Shown one piece after another: positions 1 through 9,513 of a DNA stretch of 64,000 nt; the first letter of the stretch is position 1, and each line of letters opens with the position of its first letter. The notes below the pieces were generated by a model. The model was not told the origin of the DNA. It ran no database searches and saw only the letters and a program-made list of their open reading frames with translations. Made by a program: the position numbers and the translations under genes. The DNA is from an uncultured delta proteobacterium (GTDB lineage: Bacteria > Desulfobacterota > Binatia > UBA9968). The stretch is from NCBI GenBank assembly GCA_963728565.1, contig CAVSLC010000013.1, positions 288,001-352,000 on the forward strand, written 5' to 3'.

Positions 1-249
1 ACGATAAGGGGCCATGTGCGGGATGAGGAAAACGTCGCGGCTGTGGAAGTCAGTGACACCGGGACTGGCGTACCGGCGGGAGTTGACGTTTTTCAACTGT
101 TTGTGACGACCAAGCCCGGGGCATCCGGCTTAGGCTTACCGATTGCCGCTCAGATCATTGCGGCACATGGCGGGCGGATACAAAGAATCCCCGAACCAGG
201 ACCGGGAACAACCTTCGAGATCTTACTACCGCTTTCACGAGCTTCATAA
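1..249 (+). CDS. Sensor histidine kinase, C-terminal HATPase_c end (partial, starts before window)
   Basis: G1 box VSDTGTGVP, F box FQLFVTTK, G2 box SGLGLPIA and HGGRI...GTTFEILLP. Confidence 0.85.
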   Translation, partial: TIRGHVRDEENVAAVEVSDTGTGVPAGVDVFQLFVTTKPGASGLGLPIAAQIIAAHGGRIQRIPEPGPGTTFEILLPLSRAS

Positions 250-409
250 ATTGCCTGCATTCCATCGTTGGGTGGAATCCGAATAGTCTGGCGTACTAAC
301 CGACTCTAAGATGACCGCCTTGTGAAACTAAGTCTTAGGCGTGCGACAGCTGCTTCGAGCCATCTGTCTAAGGTTTGGAACGAAGGCGGACGTCGAACCG
401 CATCCAGTG

Positions 410-425
410 TGGCACCGGCATTGCT
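410..425 (+). promoter_or_regulatory. Putative sigma54 (-24/-12) promoter
   Basis: TGGCAC-CGGCA-TTGCT, exact GG-N10-GC spacing, 18 nt upstream of ATG 444. Confidence 0.6.
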
Positions 426-443
426 CCTTGTGGTTCGTGGCAA

Positions 444-890
444 ATGAAGACCATACTGAAAGCCATCGAAGTCGATTCTCCGGTCCATCAGGTCTACAGC
501 CGGTGGGCGCGCTTTGAAGATTTCCCGCACTTCATGCAGGGCGTCAAGAAGGTGATCCGGCTCGATGATCAGCGGCTTCACTGGAAGACGGAGTTCACTG
601 GCGCTACAAAGGAATGGTTCGCCACCATCACGGACCTGACCCCGAATCAGCGAATTGCGTGGGAAAGCGAGGACGGCGAATACGTTGCAGGGATCGTCAC
701 CTTCGAGCCTATTGGAACAAGCCGCACAAGACTGAATCTCAAGCTGTTCTACGATAGCAAAGGTTCCCGGCGAGCGGAGGAAAGTTTTCTTTCGTCTGCC
801 GGCGATCGCGTCGAGAAGGACCTGGAGAGATTTAGAAAGTTCATCGAGAAGCAGGATACTTTGAACAATGCCGGAGGCAGTCAGGGATGA
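444..890 (+). CDS. SRPBCC / polyketide cyclase-dehydrase family protein
   Basis: IEVDSPVHQVYSRWARFEDFPHFMQGV...RIAWES...DLERFRKFIE motifs; start moved to ATG 444. Confidence 0.9.
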   Translation: MKTILKAIEVDSPVHQVYSRWARFEDFPHFMQGVKKVIRLDDQRLHWKTEFTGATKEWFATITDLTPNQRIAWESEDGEYVAGIVTFEPIGTSRTRLNLKLFYDSKGSRRAEESFLSSAGDRVEKDLERFRKFIEKQDTLNNAGGSQG

Positions 891-1085
891 AGTTTAAAGG
901 CGGCATCGCTAAATCAACAGGCTGTAACTTTCTCCACCGACCGAGTCCTGGACCAGGTCCAATTCCCGATCCTGACCCACCACAGCCACCACCCCACCCG
1001 TTCCCTACTCCACCGATTCCGCCTGAGCCGCCAGTTTCAGGCGCTTAGTTCGCATACCTGCCGCAAAGAATTCTAAGTCACTCGA

Positions 1086-1101
1086 TGGCATACGCGTTGC
1101 T
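1086..1101 (+). promoter_or_regulatory. Putative sigma54 (-24/-12) promoter
   Basis: TGGCAT-ACGCG-TTGCT, GG-N10-GC, ~50 nt upstream of lipoprotein ATG. Confidence 0.65.
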
Positions 1102-1149
1102 TTTAGTAGAGCAAGCGTAACGGTGAGACCCGAGCGAGAGGAGGAAACC

Positions 1150-1419
1150 ATGAGAAAAGGACTTTCATTGGGCACAGCGATCATTCTGGCGGGATTTCTT
1201 GGGATTACATTGCCGGGTTGCTCGGATGATAAAAATACATCAGGAACCGGAGGCGACGCGGCAAAGAGCAGCGGCGGCGCCGTAGGTTCCAAGTCGAGTC
1301 CAGGGAGTGGTTCCAGCGCTAGTGGAACAGGGTCAGGAACTACTGGACCTGGAAGCAGTGGATCAGCAGGAAGCAGCTCTGGAGGCAGCGGAACAGGGTC
1401 TGGGGGAAGTGGATCATAG
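1150..1419 (+). CDS. Small Gly/Ser-rich lipoprotein
   Basis: GAGGAGG RBS, signal peptide MRKGLSLGTAIILAGFLGITLPG-C with lipobox, low-complexity G/S/T tail. Confidence 0.8.
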   Translation: MRKGLSLGTAIILAGFLGITLPGCSDDKNTSGTGGDAAKSSGGAVGSKSSPGSGSSASGTGSGTTGPGSSGSAGSSSGGSGTGSGGSGS

Positions 1420-1569
1420 ACTAGCTCTGCAAGATAGTTAGGTCGAGCCGTTGCGCTACTATCTAGGATCGCAGCCGCGCATTGCATACATGGGACTAAC
1501 GGAGTTGGCGCGGACTTGGCGAGTGTCGCACATTCAACACGGTGCTCAATCCACACGACCGAAGCCGAA

Positions 1570-1875
1570 TCAGATTTTCAAGTCGAGCTTGGGAACTATC
1601 AACAACCACTCGACCAGACGATCTCCCCCAAAAATGCTTGCGTAGGCCCCGGTAATTCCCAATGGGAAGAATAGCCACGTAAGAAGCCAGGCCTGCCAAG
1701 TGGCTTCGTAGCCAATCCAACCAAGCAGATAAGGAACCGCGGCGACCTCCAGGCAGATGCCACTGCTAAAAGTTAAAAGATTTCTTTTCCACTTACTGGA
1801 CTGGAGACGTATTGCTTCTGAGTCGCGAAGGCACAGAAAAAAACCGTGTAGCAACCCTGGTTCGGAACGCTTCAT
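1570..1875 (-). CDS. Hypothetical membrane protein (~101 aa)
   Basis: Two hydrophobic Trp-rich segments in the 3' part of ORF 1570..2088; ATG 1875 preceded by AAAGGT. Confidence 0.45.
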   Translation of the reverse strand: MKRSEPGLLHGFFLCLRDSEAIRLQSSKWKRNLLTFSSGICLEVAAVPYLLGWIGYEATWQAWLLTWLFFPLGITGAYASIFGGDRLVEWLLIVPKLDLKI

Positions 1876-2191
1876 CTTGTGGTACCTTTCAAACGATATT
1901 TGCGATTGGATGCCGTTATACGGCCGGCTGGATCGCACGAGGCGCAATGTTAAGGCGCTATCGACGATAATGCAAATTCCTCGGCTAAAAAATCGCCAGA
2001 TTTCTTCTGGAGAGGCTGAAATCGTTTGTCGCTGGATTACCGAAGGCCGGTCCACTGTTATATCAAGCTGGTCTCGCGCCGCGCTCAAGAAGGAGCTGTC
2101 CTAAAGCGGAGCGATGACACCGCGCCTCGTTGACAGTAGCAGCCCAGGGAGAAATTCAGGAGTTCATTCATGATGGTATGGGCACAACGGC

Positions 2192-2725
2192 TCAGCTCAG
2201 GTCAGGCAACCGTTTAAACAGATGCCCGAGGCCAAAAAACAATGCCGCCGGCAGCCACACCCATTTTAATTCGCTCAGGATCACTGTGACTCCTCTGCGC
2301 GAAAAGAAAGCGCCGACTCCAATCGGTGAAACCTCTATGGGCCGGTAACGAAAAAAGTATCGTTGGTTGCTGAATGGGGCGAATAAACCGACTCCCAGGC
2401 CGCCATTCGTAAACGCATCCAGCACCGAGTGCGATAATGTCGATAAAAAGAGAAACAGAAAAATAGTCGACGGGCTGCCATGGTTCTGGAAAGACAGGAA
2501 GGTGATCATTCCGGCAAGTAGCACAGCAAAAAATATCGAATGTGTAAAGCCACGATGCCCGAGCATATCGCCGTACTTGATCCCGAACTCAAATCCGACA
2601 ACGTCCAGATCCGGGATCACCGAGCAAAGGGCGGCAGCGATCAGCAAAGAAGACGAAACGGTTTCTTGTGGAAGCAGAACCGATAAGGCGATGGGTACAG
2701 CCGGATGAGTTATGACCGTACACAT
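2192..2725 (-). CDS. Inner-membrane metal-dependent hydrolase (YbcI/YdjM, DUF457 family)
   Basis: MCTVITH, PDLD, GHRGFTHS, SHSVLDAFTNGG, PIEVSPIG motifs. Confidence 0.9.
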   Translation of the reverse strand: MCTVITHPAVPIALSVLLPQETVSSSLLIAAALCSVIPDLDVVGFEFGIKYGDMLGHRGFTHSIFFAVLLAGMITFLSFQNHGSPSTIFLFLFLSTLSHSVLDAFTNGGLGVGLFAPFSNQRYFFRYRPIEVSPIGVGAFFSRRGVTVILSELKWVWLPAALFFGLGHLFKRLPDLS

Positions 2726-2774
2726 GAGCTGATATTCGCACCAATGGCGAGCAAAGCTCAACCCTTCATCTATG

Positions 2775-3488
2775 CTAGGTGATTACGCCGGCAACTCCTG
2801 ATTTGAGAAATTCACTGGCGAACTTGGGTCCGGTGGCTTCGTCTTCGTGTTTGAAGAAAACATAGGCATGATCCCAACCTTGCGAGCAAATCCGCTCTTT
2901 CCAGTGCAACAGGTCGGCGCGACTATATTCTCGACGCCGCAGTCGCAAATAACCCCAATTCGCAGTGCCGATCAGCTGACAAACTTCGCCCTCATCAGCG
3001 TCGGTCACACAGAGCGCGCTGTTGCGCGTTCGCAGCGAGTTAAAGACCTCCTCGTCCACCCAGGATCGATGCCGGAACTCAAATGCTACATGCCGATCAG
3101 CGGGCAGAAGTGATAGGAATGATCCCAGTCGCTCGAGGTCCTTTTTAAAATTGGGCGGAAGCTGGAAGAGAATGGCGCCCTGGCTTGATCCCAGCGCCGT
3201 GGCCACGCTAAACAGATCGTCGACTTCCACCGCCGCATCTTTGAGCCTCCGCGAATGGGTGATTCTTCGCGGTGCCTTGAGCACAAACCGGAAGTCCGGC
3301 GGCACCTGCTCTGCCCACGACCGAAGAACAGTTTCCGTGGGGAGGCGGTAAAAACTATTGTTGATCTCGACAGCCGCGAATCGTGAGGCATAAAAGCGCA
3401 GCATCTTCTTGGCAGGGAAGCGCTCCGGATAAAACTTGCCACGCCATTCTTTGTAGCCGAAGCCGCTGGTGCCGACCCAGAGCCTCAC
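2775..3488 (-). CDS. DUF72 (YecE-like) protein
   Basis: GTSGF..WRGKFYP, VEINNSFY, LFQLPP, AFEFRH, YLRLR. Confidence 0.95.
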   Translation of the reverse strand: MRLWVGTSGFGYKEWRGKFYPERFPAKKMLRFYASRFAAVEINNSFYRLPTETVLRSWAEQVPPDFRFVLKAPRRITHSRRLKDAAVEVDDLFSVATALGSSQGAILFQLPPNFKKDLERLGSFLSLLPADRHVAFEFRHRSWVDEEVFNSLRTRNSALCVTDADEGEVCQLIGTANWGYLRLRRREYSRADLLHWKERICSQGWDHAYVFFKHEDEATGPKFASEFLKSGVAGVIT

Positions 3489-3974
3489 GTGTACTCGAGC
3501 CTTTTACGATAGACGTTCAATGCGGCGAGATTGCGCATAGAGTTTATTGTTATCATAGATCGGCCGCGGAGCGGTTAGTTGTGATCTGCAAGTGGTATCG
3601 TTCTTACTTTCAGTTCCCTCTCGTAGGGAAAATGTTTGCCACTGTTTAAAGCCGGCGATCGCTTACCCGAACCACATCCAGGTTCATGGGTGCGCGGCGG
3701 CGCGCTACCTACCGTTGCCGGTCGGAGCTGCACCCTTACTTTTGTCGCTAGTTAAAAAAACGCCTCAATCCAGGCCCCGATAATATCTTTCAGCGATTTT
3801 TTAAATATAATCTTAACGATGACGCTTACCCAACCGAGAAGTATGAGTGCGACCGTAGCTGTAAAGATCAGCTCTTCCATTGAAAATCTGCGACGCTTGC
3901 ACTCGATAAGCAGCCGAGATTATCCAGGACGTATTTTTGCGACGCCAACTCAAGCTGCTTGTGATACGATAAGC

Positions 3975-4250
3975 ATGACTATGGCTGTCCTGCACATCAC
4001 CTACAATCACAATCCACAGACTTCCAAATCAGGCTATGATGGTTTCTATAAAGTAATAACAAGCTACCAATACCGAAGGTTGTCGCAATCGCATTGGACG
4101 ATCAACACAGAGGAGTCGCCGCAAGCTGTCTGGCAAAAACTCAAAGAATACCTCGAGCCGAGTGACTACTTTCTCATGATGCCTCTTGATCCGACTGGGT
4201 TCTCCGCAAAAGACCGGACGGTTCTTAGTTGGTTAGCGGCGGGGCCATAA
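3975..4250 (+). CDS. Small hypothetical protein, probable ferredoxin-like (Cas2/VapD-like) fold
   Basis: AVLHITYN..GYDGFYKVI..SQSHWTI..VWQKLKEYL..DYFLMM pattern; extended -10 TGaTACGAT just upstream. Confidence 0.65.
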   Translation: MTMAVLHITYNHNPQTSKSGYDGFYKVITSYQYRRLSQSHWTINTEESPQAVWQKLKEYLEPSDYFLMMPLDPTGFSAKDRTVLSWLAAGP

Positions 4251-4424
4251 GCGAGCGCCGAGCCGTCTGATCCAACAAACCTATAGATTGTCGGCCATAC
4301 TTGGTGATGGATCAATGCGAATGGCGGTCGCTGCTATAAGTCTGCCCGCTCGAGTTCATTTTGAGATTGCGTGTCAGCGAACACTGTTTAGATCCAAGAA
4401 GATTGCAGCCGTTTTCAACGACGA

Positions 4425-5099
4425 CTAGTTGAGGCGACTGCTGAAATACTCCCACACGCGCTTCGACACCTCTTCTCCGGAAACTTGTGGATAGATGGTT
4501 TCGAGCTCCTCGGCGGTCAAATAACGAGGTTTTCCGGCGGACATCGCTCGCAATTGGTAATTGGCCGCTTCCTCCATCCACAAGGTCATGACACATACAC
4601 GCCGGACGTCCTTATCGGCTACATTGACCCCGTGGCCGCGCAGTAACATGGCGCCGTGATCACCCAAGGTGCTCGCCACTGCATCGCCCAGCTCACGGGT
4701 CCTGATCAGAGTAATCCGGTCGTATATCCGGACATCGTTTCGAAAAATCGCTCCCGAAGCGTGCAGAGGCCGAATCGTTTCACCCAGCGAGCTCAAAACC
4801 ACGCAGCTCGGCGGGTGGACATGGCAAATCGCCTGAACATCCGGTCTGGCTTTGTAAATCCGGGCGTGTATCCAAAATTCAGTATTAGGACGGCCATCAC
4901 CGGAGAGTTGATTTCCTTCAACATCGAGCTCGAGCAAATTGTCGGCGCGCACCAAAGCCGGGCTCATTCGTGGAGGAAAGATAAAAGTATCCGTCCCCGG
5001 TATCCGCGCGCTCACATGACCGAATGCCGCGGCGATACCCTGTTGGTGTAGTATGTGGCTGGCCTTGACAACGTCACTTTTGATCAGCTCAAGATCCAT
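4425..5099 (-). CDS. Class II aldolase/adducin family protein
   Basis: GHVSAR, EFWIHARIY, HVH, LLRGHG Zn-binding motifs. Confidence 0.95.
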   Translation of the reverse strand: MDLELIKSDVVKASHILHQQGIAAAFGHVSARIPGTDTFIFPPRMSPALVRADNLLELDVEGNQLSGDGRPNTEFWIHARIYKARPDVQAICHVHPPSCVVLSSLGETIRPLHASGAIFRNDVRIYDRITLIRTRELGDAVASTLGDHGAMLLRGHGVNVADKDVRRVCVMTLWMEEAANYQLRAMSAGKPRYLTAEELETIYPQVSGEEVSKRVWEYFSSRLN

Positions 5100-5153
5100 A
5101 AGTTACCTTCCGATGTTGGATAACGAACACTGGCGATGCGGTGATCGGTTTGA

Positions 5154-5447
5154 CTACCGCTTGATCTCATTGCCGATTAGCCGCAATACCTCATTGAACT
5201 GGCGCTGCATGGCGATCATCTGCTCGCGCATATTGAGAACCACTTCGGCGCCTTCGAAATTCACCCCCATCTCTTGAATGAGAAGGTTGGCAATGCGAAT
5301 GCGGTCAACCTGATCGGGCGGGTAGAGCTTGCGCCTTCGTTGGACGACCGGCCGAATCACGCTCTCTCGTTCGAGCTGTTGGATGAAATTCCTGTCAACC
5401 TTACAAGTTTTGATTACCTCTGTAATTTGAAAATATTTTCGTCCCAT
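5154..5447 (-). CDS. MerR-like chaperone modulator (CbpM/HspR-like)
   Basis: MerR-type HTH, EMGVNFEGAEVVL motif, directly downstream of dnaJ. Confidence 0.8.
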   Translation of the reverse strand: MGRKYFQITEVIKTCKVDRNFIQQLERESVIRPVVQRRRKLYPPDQVDRIRIANLLIQEMGVNFEGAEVVLNMREQMIAMQRQFNEVLRLIGNEIKR

Positions 5448-5459
5448 CGCTTGCTCTCG

Positions 5460-6590
5460 CTATAGTCGGACGTCTTTGCGCACGTCCTCGGCGTAGGCTT
5501 GATCGATTTTGTCGATCACGTCTGCAGAGACATTATTGTCGCCGGGCACGCGAATCATAAGCCGTAAATACAGATCTCCAGCCGGGCTTTGCCCGTGCGC
5601 GGAAACGCCCTTGCCCCTGAGGCGTAGTCGTTGCCCGCTTTGCGCGCCCGCGGGAATCTTAACTTTGAGCTTGCCCATCGGTGTCGGCACTTCCACCGTC
5701 GCTCCCCGAAGCGCTTCACCGATAGTGATCGGCAAGTCCATGGATAGATCCTTGCCCGACCGCGTGAGCAGCGGGTGAGGCCGGATTCGCGGTACGATAT
5801 AGAGATCGCCTGGCGGCCCACCTCTCACTCCGGCCTCGCCCTTGCCGCGCAAGCGAATTCGTTTCGAGGGCTCGGCTCCGGGAGGGATATTGACCCGAAT
5901 CGTATCGGGCCGCAGCACTCGGCCAGAGCCTCGGCACACCGCGCAAGGATCGCCCGGCAGTTTTCCGCTGCCCATGCAACGCGGGCAGTTCTGGCGAAAC
6001 TGGAGCGGCCCCTGCGCCACCGATATACTGCCGCTGCCGCCGCACTCGGGGCACTGGGTGGGAGCGCTGCCCGGCTTAGTTCCGGAACCATTGCAGGTAT
6101 CGCAGGTGACCGGCCGCTGCAGAGTGATCGAGGTTTGAAAGCCGCGGACAGCGTCGAGAAAATCGATGTCCATAGATGACTCGATATCTTCGCCACGCAT
6201 TGAACGTTGCCGGGTTCTTCTACCGCGGCCTCCCATGCCTCCCAATCCGCCGAAGAGCTCGCTCAGATCGTCCATATTGAATTCGTAACCGCCACCTGCC
6301 CCAGCGGAAGCGGACTGTTGCTGCCATTGTTGATAGCTACGCGCCTTGTCAGCATCGAAACCGGCCGACAATCCCGCCTCACCGAATTCGTCGTACAGCT
6401 TGCGCTTCTTCTCATCGCCTAACACGTCATAGGCGGTCGAGATTTCTTTGAATTTACTTTCGGCCTCTTTGTTACCTGGGTTGATATCGGGATGGTATTT
6501 CCGGGCAAGCTTGCGATAAGCTTTGCGGATATCATCATGAGAGGCGCCGCGTTGGACACCGAGAATTTGATAGTAGTTAGCTTCAGCCAT
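5460..6590 (-). CDS. dnaJ: DnaJ family co-chaperone with four CxxCxGxG repeats
   Basis: J domain with HPD, G/F region, [33 protein letters not shown]-terminal domain. Confidence 0.93.
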   Translation of the reverse strand: MAEANYYQILGVQRGASHDDIRKAYRKLARKYHPDINPGNKEAESKFKEISTAYDVLGDEKKRKLYDEFGEAGLSAGFDADKARSYQQWQQQSASAGAGGGYEFNMDDLSELFGGLGGMGGRGRRTRQRSMRGEDIESSMDIDFLDAVRGFQTSITLQRPVTCDTCNGSGTKPGSAPTQCPECGGSGSISVAQGPLQFRQNCPRCMGSGKLPGDPCAVCRGSGRVLRPDTIRVNIPPGAEPSKRIRLRGKGEAGVRGGPPGDLYIVPRIRPHPLLTRSGKDLSMDLPITIGEALRGATVEVPTPMGKLKVKIPAGAQSGQRLRLRGKGVSAHGQSPAGDLYLRLMIRVPGDNNVSADVIDKIDQAYAEDVRKDVRL

Positions 6591-6676
6591 TGTACATTAG
6601 AATATCTTTGGCGCAGCCGGTTGCAAGGGGATGTACCATTTTGAAATCACCACAATGCTCAGATCTCTCGAATAAG

Positions 6677-6991
6677 CTATGGGAGCCGTAGAAGTACAAT
6701 TCCAATCACCACTAAGGCGATCCCGGCGGCAGCACGTCCGGATAATTGCTCACCAAACAAGAGCACTCCCAGAATAATAGCCAGCAGCGCCTCCAGCCCT
6801 AATACCAGGATGTAGCTCGAGGCGAGCTGTTCGTAGCGCATGGCGCGCGCTTGTATCAATGCTCCCGTGCTGAACAGCGCAGTGAGGCCCAAGGTCGGTA
6901 AAGCCTGCGTCAATCCCTGCGAATATTTCATCAGTGCTCCGCCGGTGACATACATGGTCGCGGCAATGGAATAGAGTACAAGCGTCTTCAT
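6677..6991 (-). CDS. SMR/DMT family small multidrug-type transporter
   Basis: 104 aa, four TM segments, MKYSQG..P, LFGEQLS..GIALVVIGIVLL. Confidence 0.8.
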   Translation of the reverse strand: MKTLVLYSIAATMYVTGGALMKYSQGLTQALPTLGLTALFSTGALIQARAMRYEQLASSYILVLGLEALLAIILGVLLFGEQLSGRAAAGIALVVIGIVLLRLP

Positions 6992-7100
6992 TGGTGGCTC
7001 CGGATAAAACTTAAATTGGCGCTGAACTTATGAGACCCAGTCGGGGATCTTCCGTCGGCAAACAACAGGCACACCTGCAGGAGGGTAGCCGATGTCGTGC

Positions 7101-7508
7101 TCAATCAGAGATTGCTCGAACTCGAAAGGATTTCGATCCGCGCGCGTTCCTATCCGTACGCGCCGATGATCTTTTCGAAGCGGCGCGGCCTGGCGCGCCT
7201 TTAAAGATGCCCGGGCGCGCTTTTTCGAGACTGCTTTCTTTTTGGCGCTTCGGCCGCGTTTGACGTCCGTCGGCGGCTTTCTTCCTGGTAGATTTCGACG
7301 TCTTCCCTCTGGCGGGCGGCGGGAGCTTCACCCTTCTCCCCTGCTTTGGATAGCCAATCGCAATCGCCTGCTTTGTCGAACCCGCGCCGGGTTTGCCGCC
7401 GCTAACGTGCTCAATCTCCTCCCGGACGAACTCCCCTGCTTGCCTGGAGGGAGCTTTTCATTCCCGCTTGGCTTTGCGCACTCTTCTGAGAGTTTGTTTC
7501 TCGGGCAT
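7101..7508 (-). pseudogene. Decayed basic DNA-binding-like protein (DUF6496-type)
   Basis: Manual translation MPEKQTLRRVRKAKRE*KAPSRQAGEFVREEIEHV..GSTKQAIAIG..VKLPPP; in-frame TGA at 7458-7460 where the family has Gly; GGAAGGGG RBS. Confidence 0.7.
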
Positions 7509-7643
7509 GATGCCCCTTCCATTTATCTCAACTCTCTCGAGTTGTACTTCCATGCCGTCTCATTACGGAGAGCCGGGACCAAGAGACTAAGGTTGGCGTC
7601 AATGAACCTGCCTCGATCGTTAGAAGCAACGACCACCCTAGGT

Positions 7644-8084
7644 TCATTCCTGTCGCACCCAGATTTGGGTTCTGCCCAGTAAAGAAATGCCGATGAAGCC
7701 GCGGACGTGCAAGGCATTGCCGCCGTCCTCAAGCTTCATCTTAGCGCGGTAGATCTTGCCGTTCTCTGGATCCAAAACTTCCCCGCTCTGATACTCCTCG
7801 CCTTGCTTCGTTATTCCCCATAAGATGGTCATGCCGATCACCGGCTGATCCCGGCGCGAACCGCTGCACTTATCGCACTTCGGATTGGGATCTTCACCCG
7901 GCTGCGGAAACGTCTTCTCTAACCTTCCCTGATATTGGCCGTTCACCTCGGTGATTCGGACCAGTCCCCGCGGCTTGCCGGTGCTGTCGTCAATAGTTCT
8001 CCACAGGCCTATCGGCGAAGGCTCGGCGGCCAATGCGCAGGACCACCAAAGCGCGAGAAGCAGCAGCTGAACGAGCAGACTCAT
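7644..8084 (-). CDS. DUF2147 domain exported protein
   Basis: Signal peptide, PIGLWRTIDD, CDKC, LDPENGKIY, VRGFIGISLLGRTQIW. Confidence 0.93.
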   Translation of the reverse strand: MSLLVQLLLLALWWSCALAAEPSPIGLWRTIDDSTGKPRGLVRITEVNGQYQGRLEKTFPQPGEDPNPKCDKCSGSRRDQPVIGMTILWGITKQGEEYQSGEVLDPENGKIYRAKMKLEDGGNALHVRGFIGISLLGRTQIWVRQE

Positions 8085-8234
8085 AGATAACGTAAGTTGA
8101 TCCTGTAGGGGTTCTGTTGCGGTAGGCGATGCCGGTGATCCGATATCCCACGAACGTGACTGGTGGCGGGCCCGATTGATCTTTTGACTAGCGGCACGAC
8201 CCGGTCTGGACCGATGCGATCACGCGGTGTCGAT

Positions 8235-9299
8235 CTAATTGTTTACGCCATCGATCTTAAGGTTGTATAAATTGATGACGTTCTCGCGAACGACCTTCCT
8301 TAACACGTCTTTGGGCAGATGACCGAGCTCTTCAGCGATGACTTTACGGGAATCGGGCCATGTCGATGCCGCGTGAGGATAGTCATTGGACCACATGAAC
8401 GTATCCTGGCCAAAATGATCCATCAGCCATCCGCCGGTGGGATCGCTGAAGAAGGTTGCGTAGACTTGCTCCGTGACATACTCACCAGGAAGCTTTTCCA
8501 TGAAAGGAAGCGGCATCTTGGTGCAAAACCGTTTGTAATATTTATCCCATTCATGCACGAAGAACGGCAGCCACGCGACTTCATTCTCAACGTAAACCAA
8601 TTTGAGTTTGGGAAAGCGCGCCAGGACGCCACCAAAGACTAAATCGAACAGACTATTAGCGGCATCCGTAAGCTTGGTATTGACAGCGGTTCGATAGGTG
8701 TCGAGTCCTGTGCGTTCGAAACGGCTATAGTTAAATCCCGTCAGAATGTGCAGATTGACCGGCATACTCATATCCTGCGCCGCTTCCCAGAATGGGTCGT
8801 AATAGTCGCTGGTAAAGGGCAGATGCTCGGGCGGAACTTGCCAGATCAAGCAGCCGACCAGTCCTTCCTTCTTGCAACGTTCCAACTCTCTGATGCCATT
8901 TTTGATGTTGTAAAGAGAGATCATCGGAATGCCCACGAGACGCCCCGGAACGGCCTGACAATATTCAATCAACCAATCGTTCGCGATACGGAAACACGCC
9001 TGCTGAAGCTCCGCATCCTCGAGCGCGAACAAGCGCAGTCCCAAAGTCGGATAAAGCACCTCAGCGGAGACACCGTCAATTTCCATCTCATCGATGCGCG
9101 CCCGGGGGTTCCATCCTCCGGGTTTTTCACCGGGAGAATTTCGCGCGGGAAACCTTGGGTATTTCTCTTTGAGACCCGGCGGCAAATTCCTGTCCCACAA
9201 ATCCGCCGGCTCGATCACGTGTGAATCTGCCGAAATGATGCGCTCGTCCCCGAGAACCGACTCCGGCGTCCGCAAAGCAGCAGCTGTGCTCATAGCCAT
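8235..9299 (-). CDS. Amidohydrolase_2 family metal-dependent hydrolase
   Basis: SADSHVIEP, EVLYPT, VNLH, WSNDYPH. Confidence 0.92.
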   Translation of the reverse strand: MAMSTAAALRTPESVLGDERIISADSHVIEPADLWDRNLPPGLKEKYPRFPARNSPGEKPGGWNPRARIDEMEIDGVSAEVLYPTLGLRLFALEDAELQQACFRIANDWLIEYCQAVPGRLVGIPMISLYNIKNGIRELERCKKEGLVGCLIWQVPPEHLPFTSDYYDPFWEAAQDMSMPVNLHILTGFNYSRFERTGLDTYRTAVNTKLTDAANSLFDLVFGGVLARFPKLKLVYVENEVAWLPFFVHEWDKYYKRFCTKMPLPFMEKLPGEYVTEQVYATFFSDPTGGWLMDHFGQDTFMWSNDYPHAASTWPDSRKVIAEELGHLPKDVLRKVVRENVINLYNLKIDGVNN

Positions 9300-9513
9300 A
9301 CCTCTCCTTCCCGTGATTGTCTCTTGTTTAGTCCATTCAAATCCGTTTGTCTACGAAAGGAGGCGGCGGATAGTTGAAGAGGGCAGCTTTCGACCGGTTC
9401 TTCGAAAACTGAAGGAGAGAGGGTTTACATGCTTCTGTTAAAGATGCCAGCATGACAATTGCCATCGTTTCAACGATCGTTGGCTCGGCAAGCATTCCTG
9501 CAACAACGAGACA

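Noticed and set aside
1005-1556. 183-aa Pro-rich minus-strand ORF
   Set aside because: Antisense shadow of the Gly/Ser lipoprotein, which has the RBS, lipobox and promoter
1980-2088. SRPBCC-like start (QTISASPEEIWRFFS) in the 5' part of ORF 1570..2088
   Set aside because: Too short to support; similarity does not continue
6590-6680. CIRCE/HAIR heat-shock operators upstream of dnaJ
   Set aside because: Neither TTAGCACTC-N9-GAGTGCTAA nor CTTGAGT-N7-ACTCAAG is present
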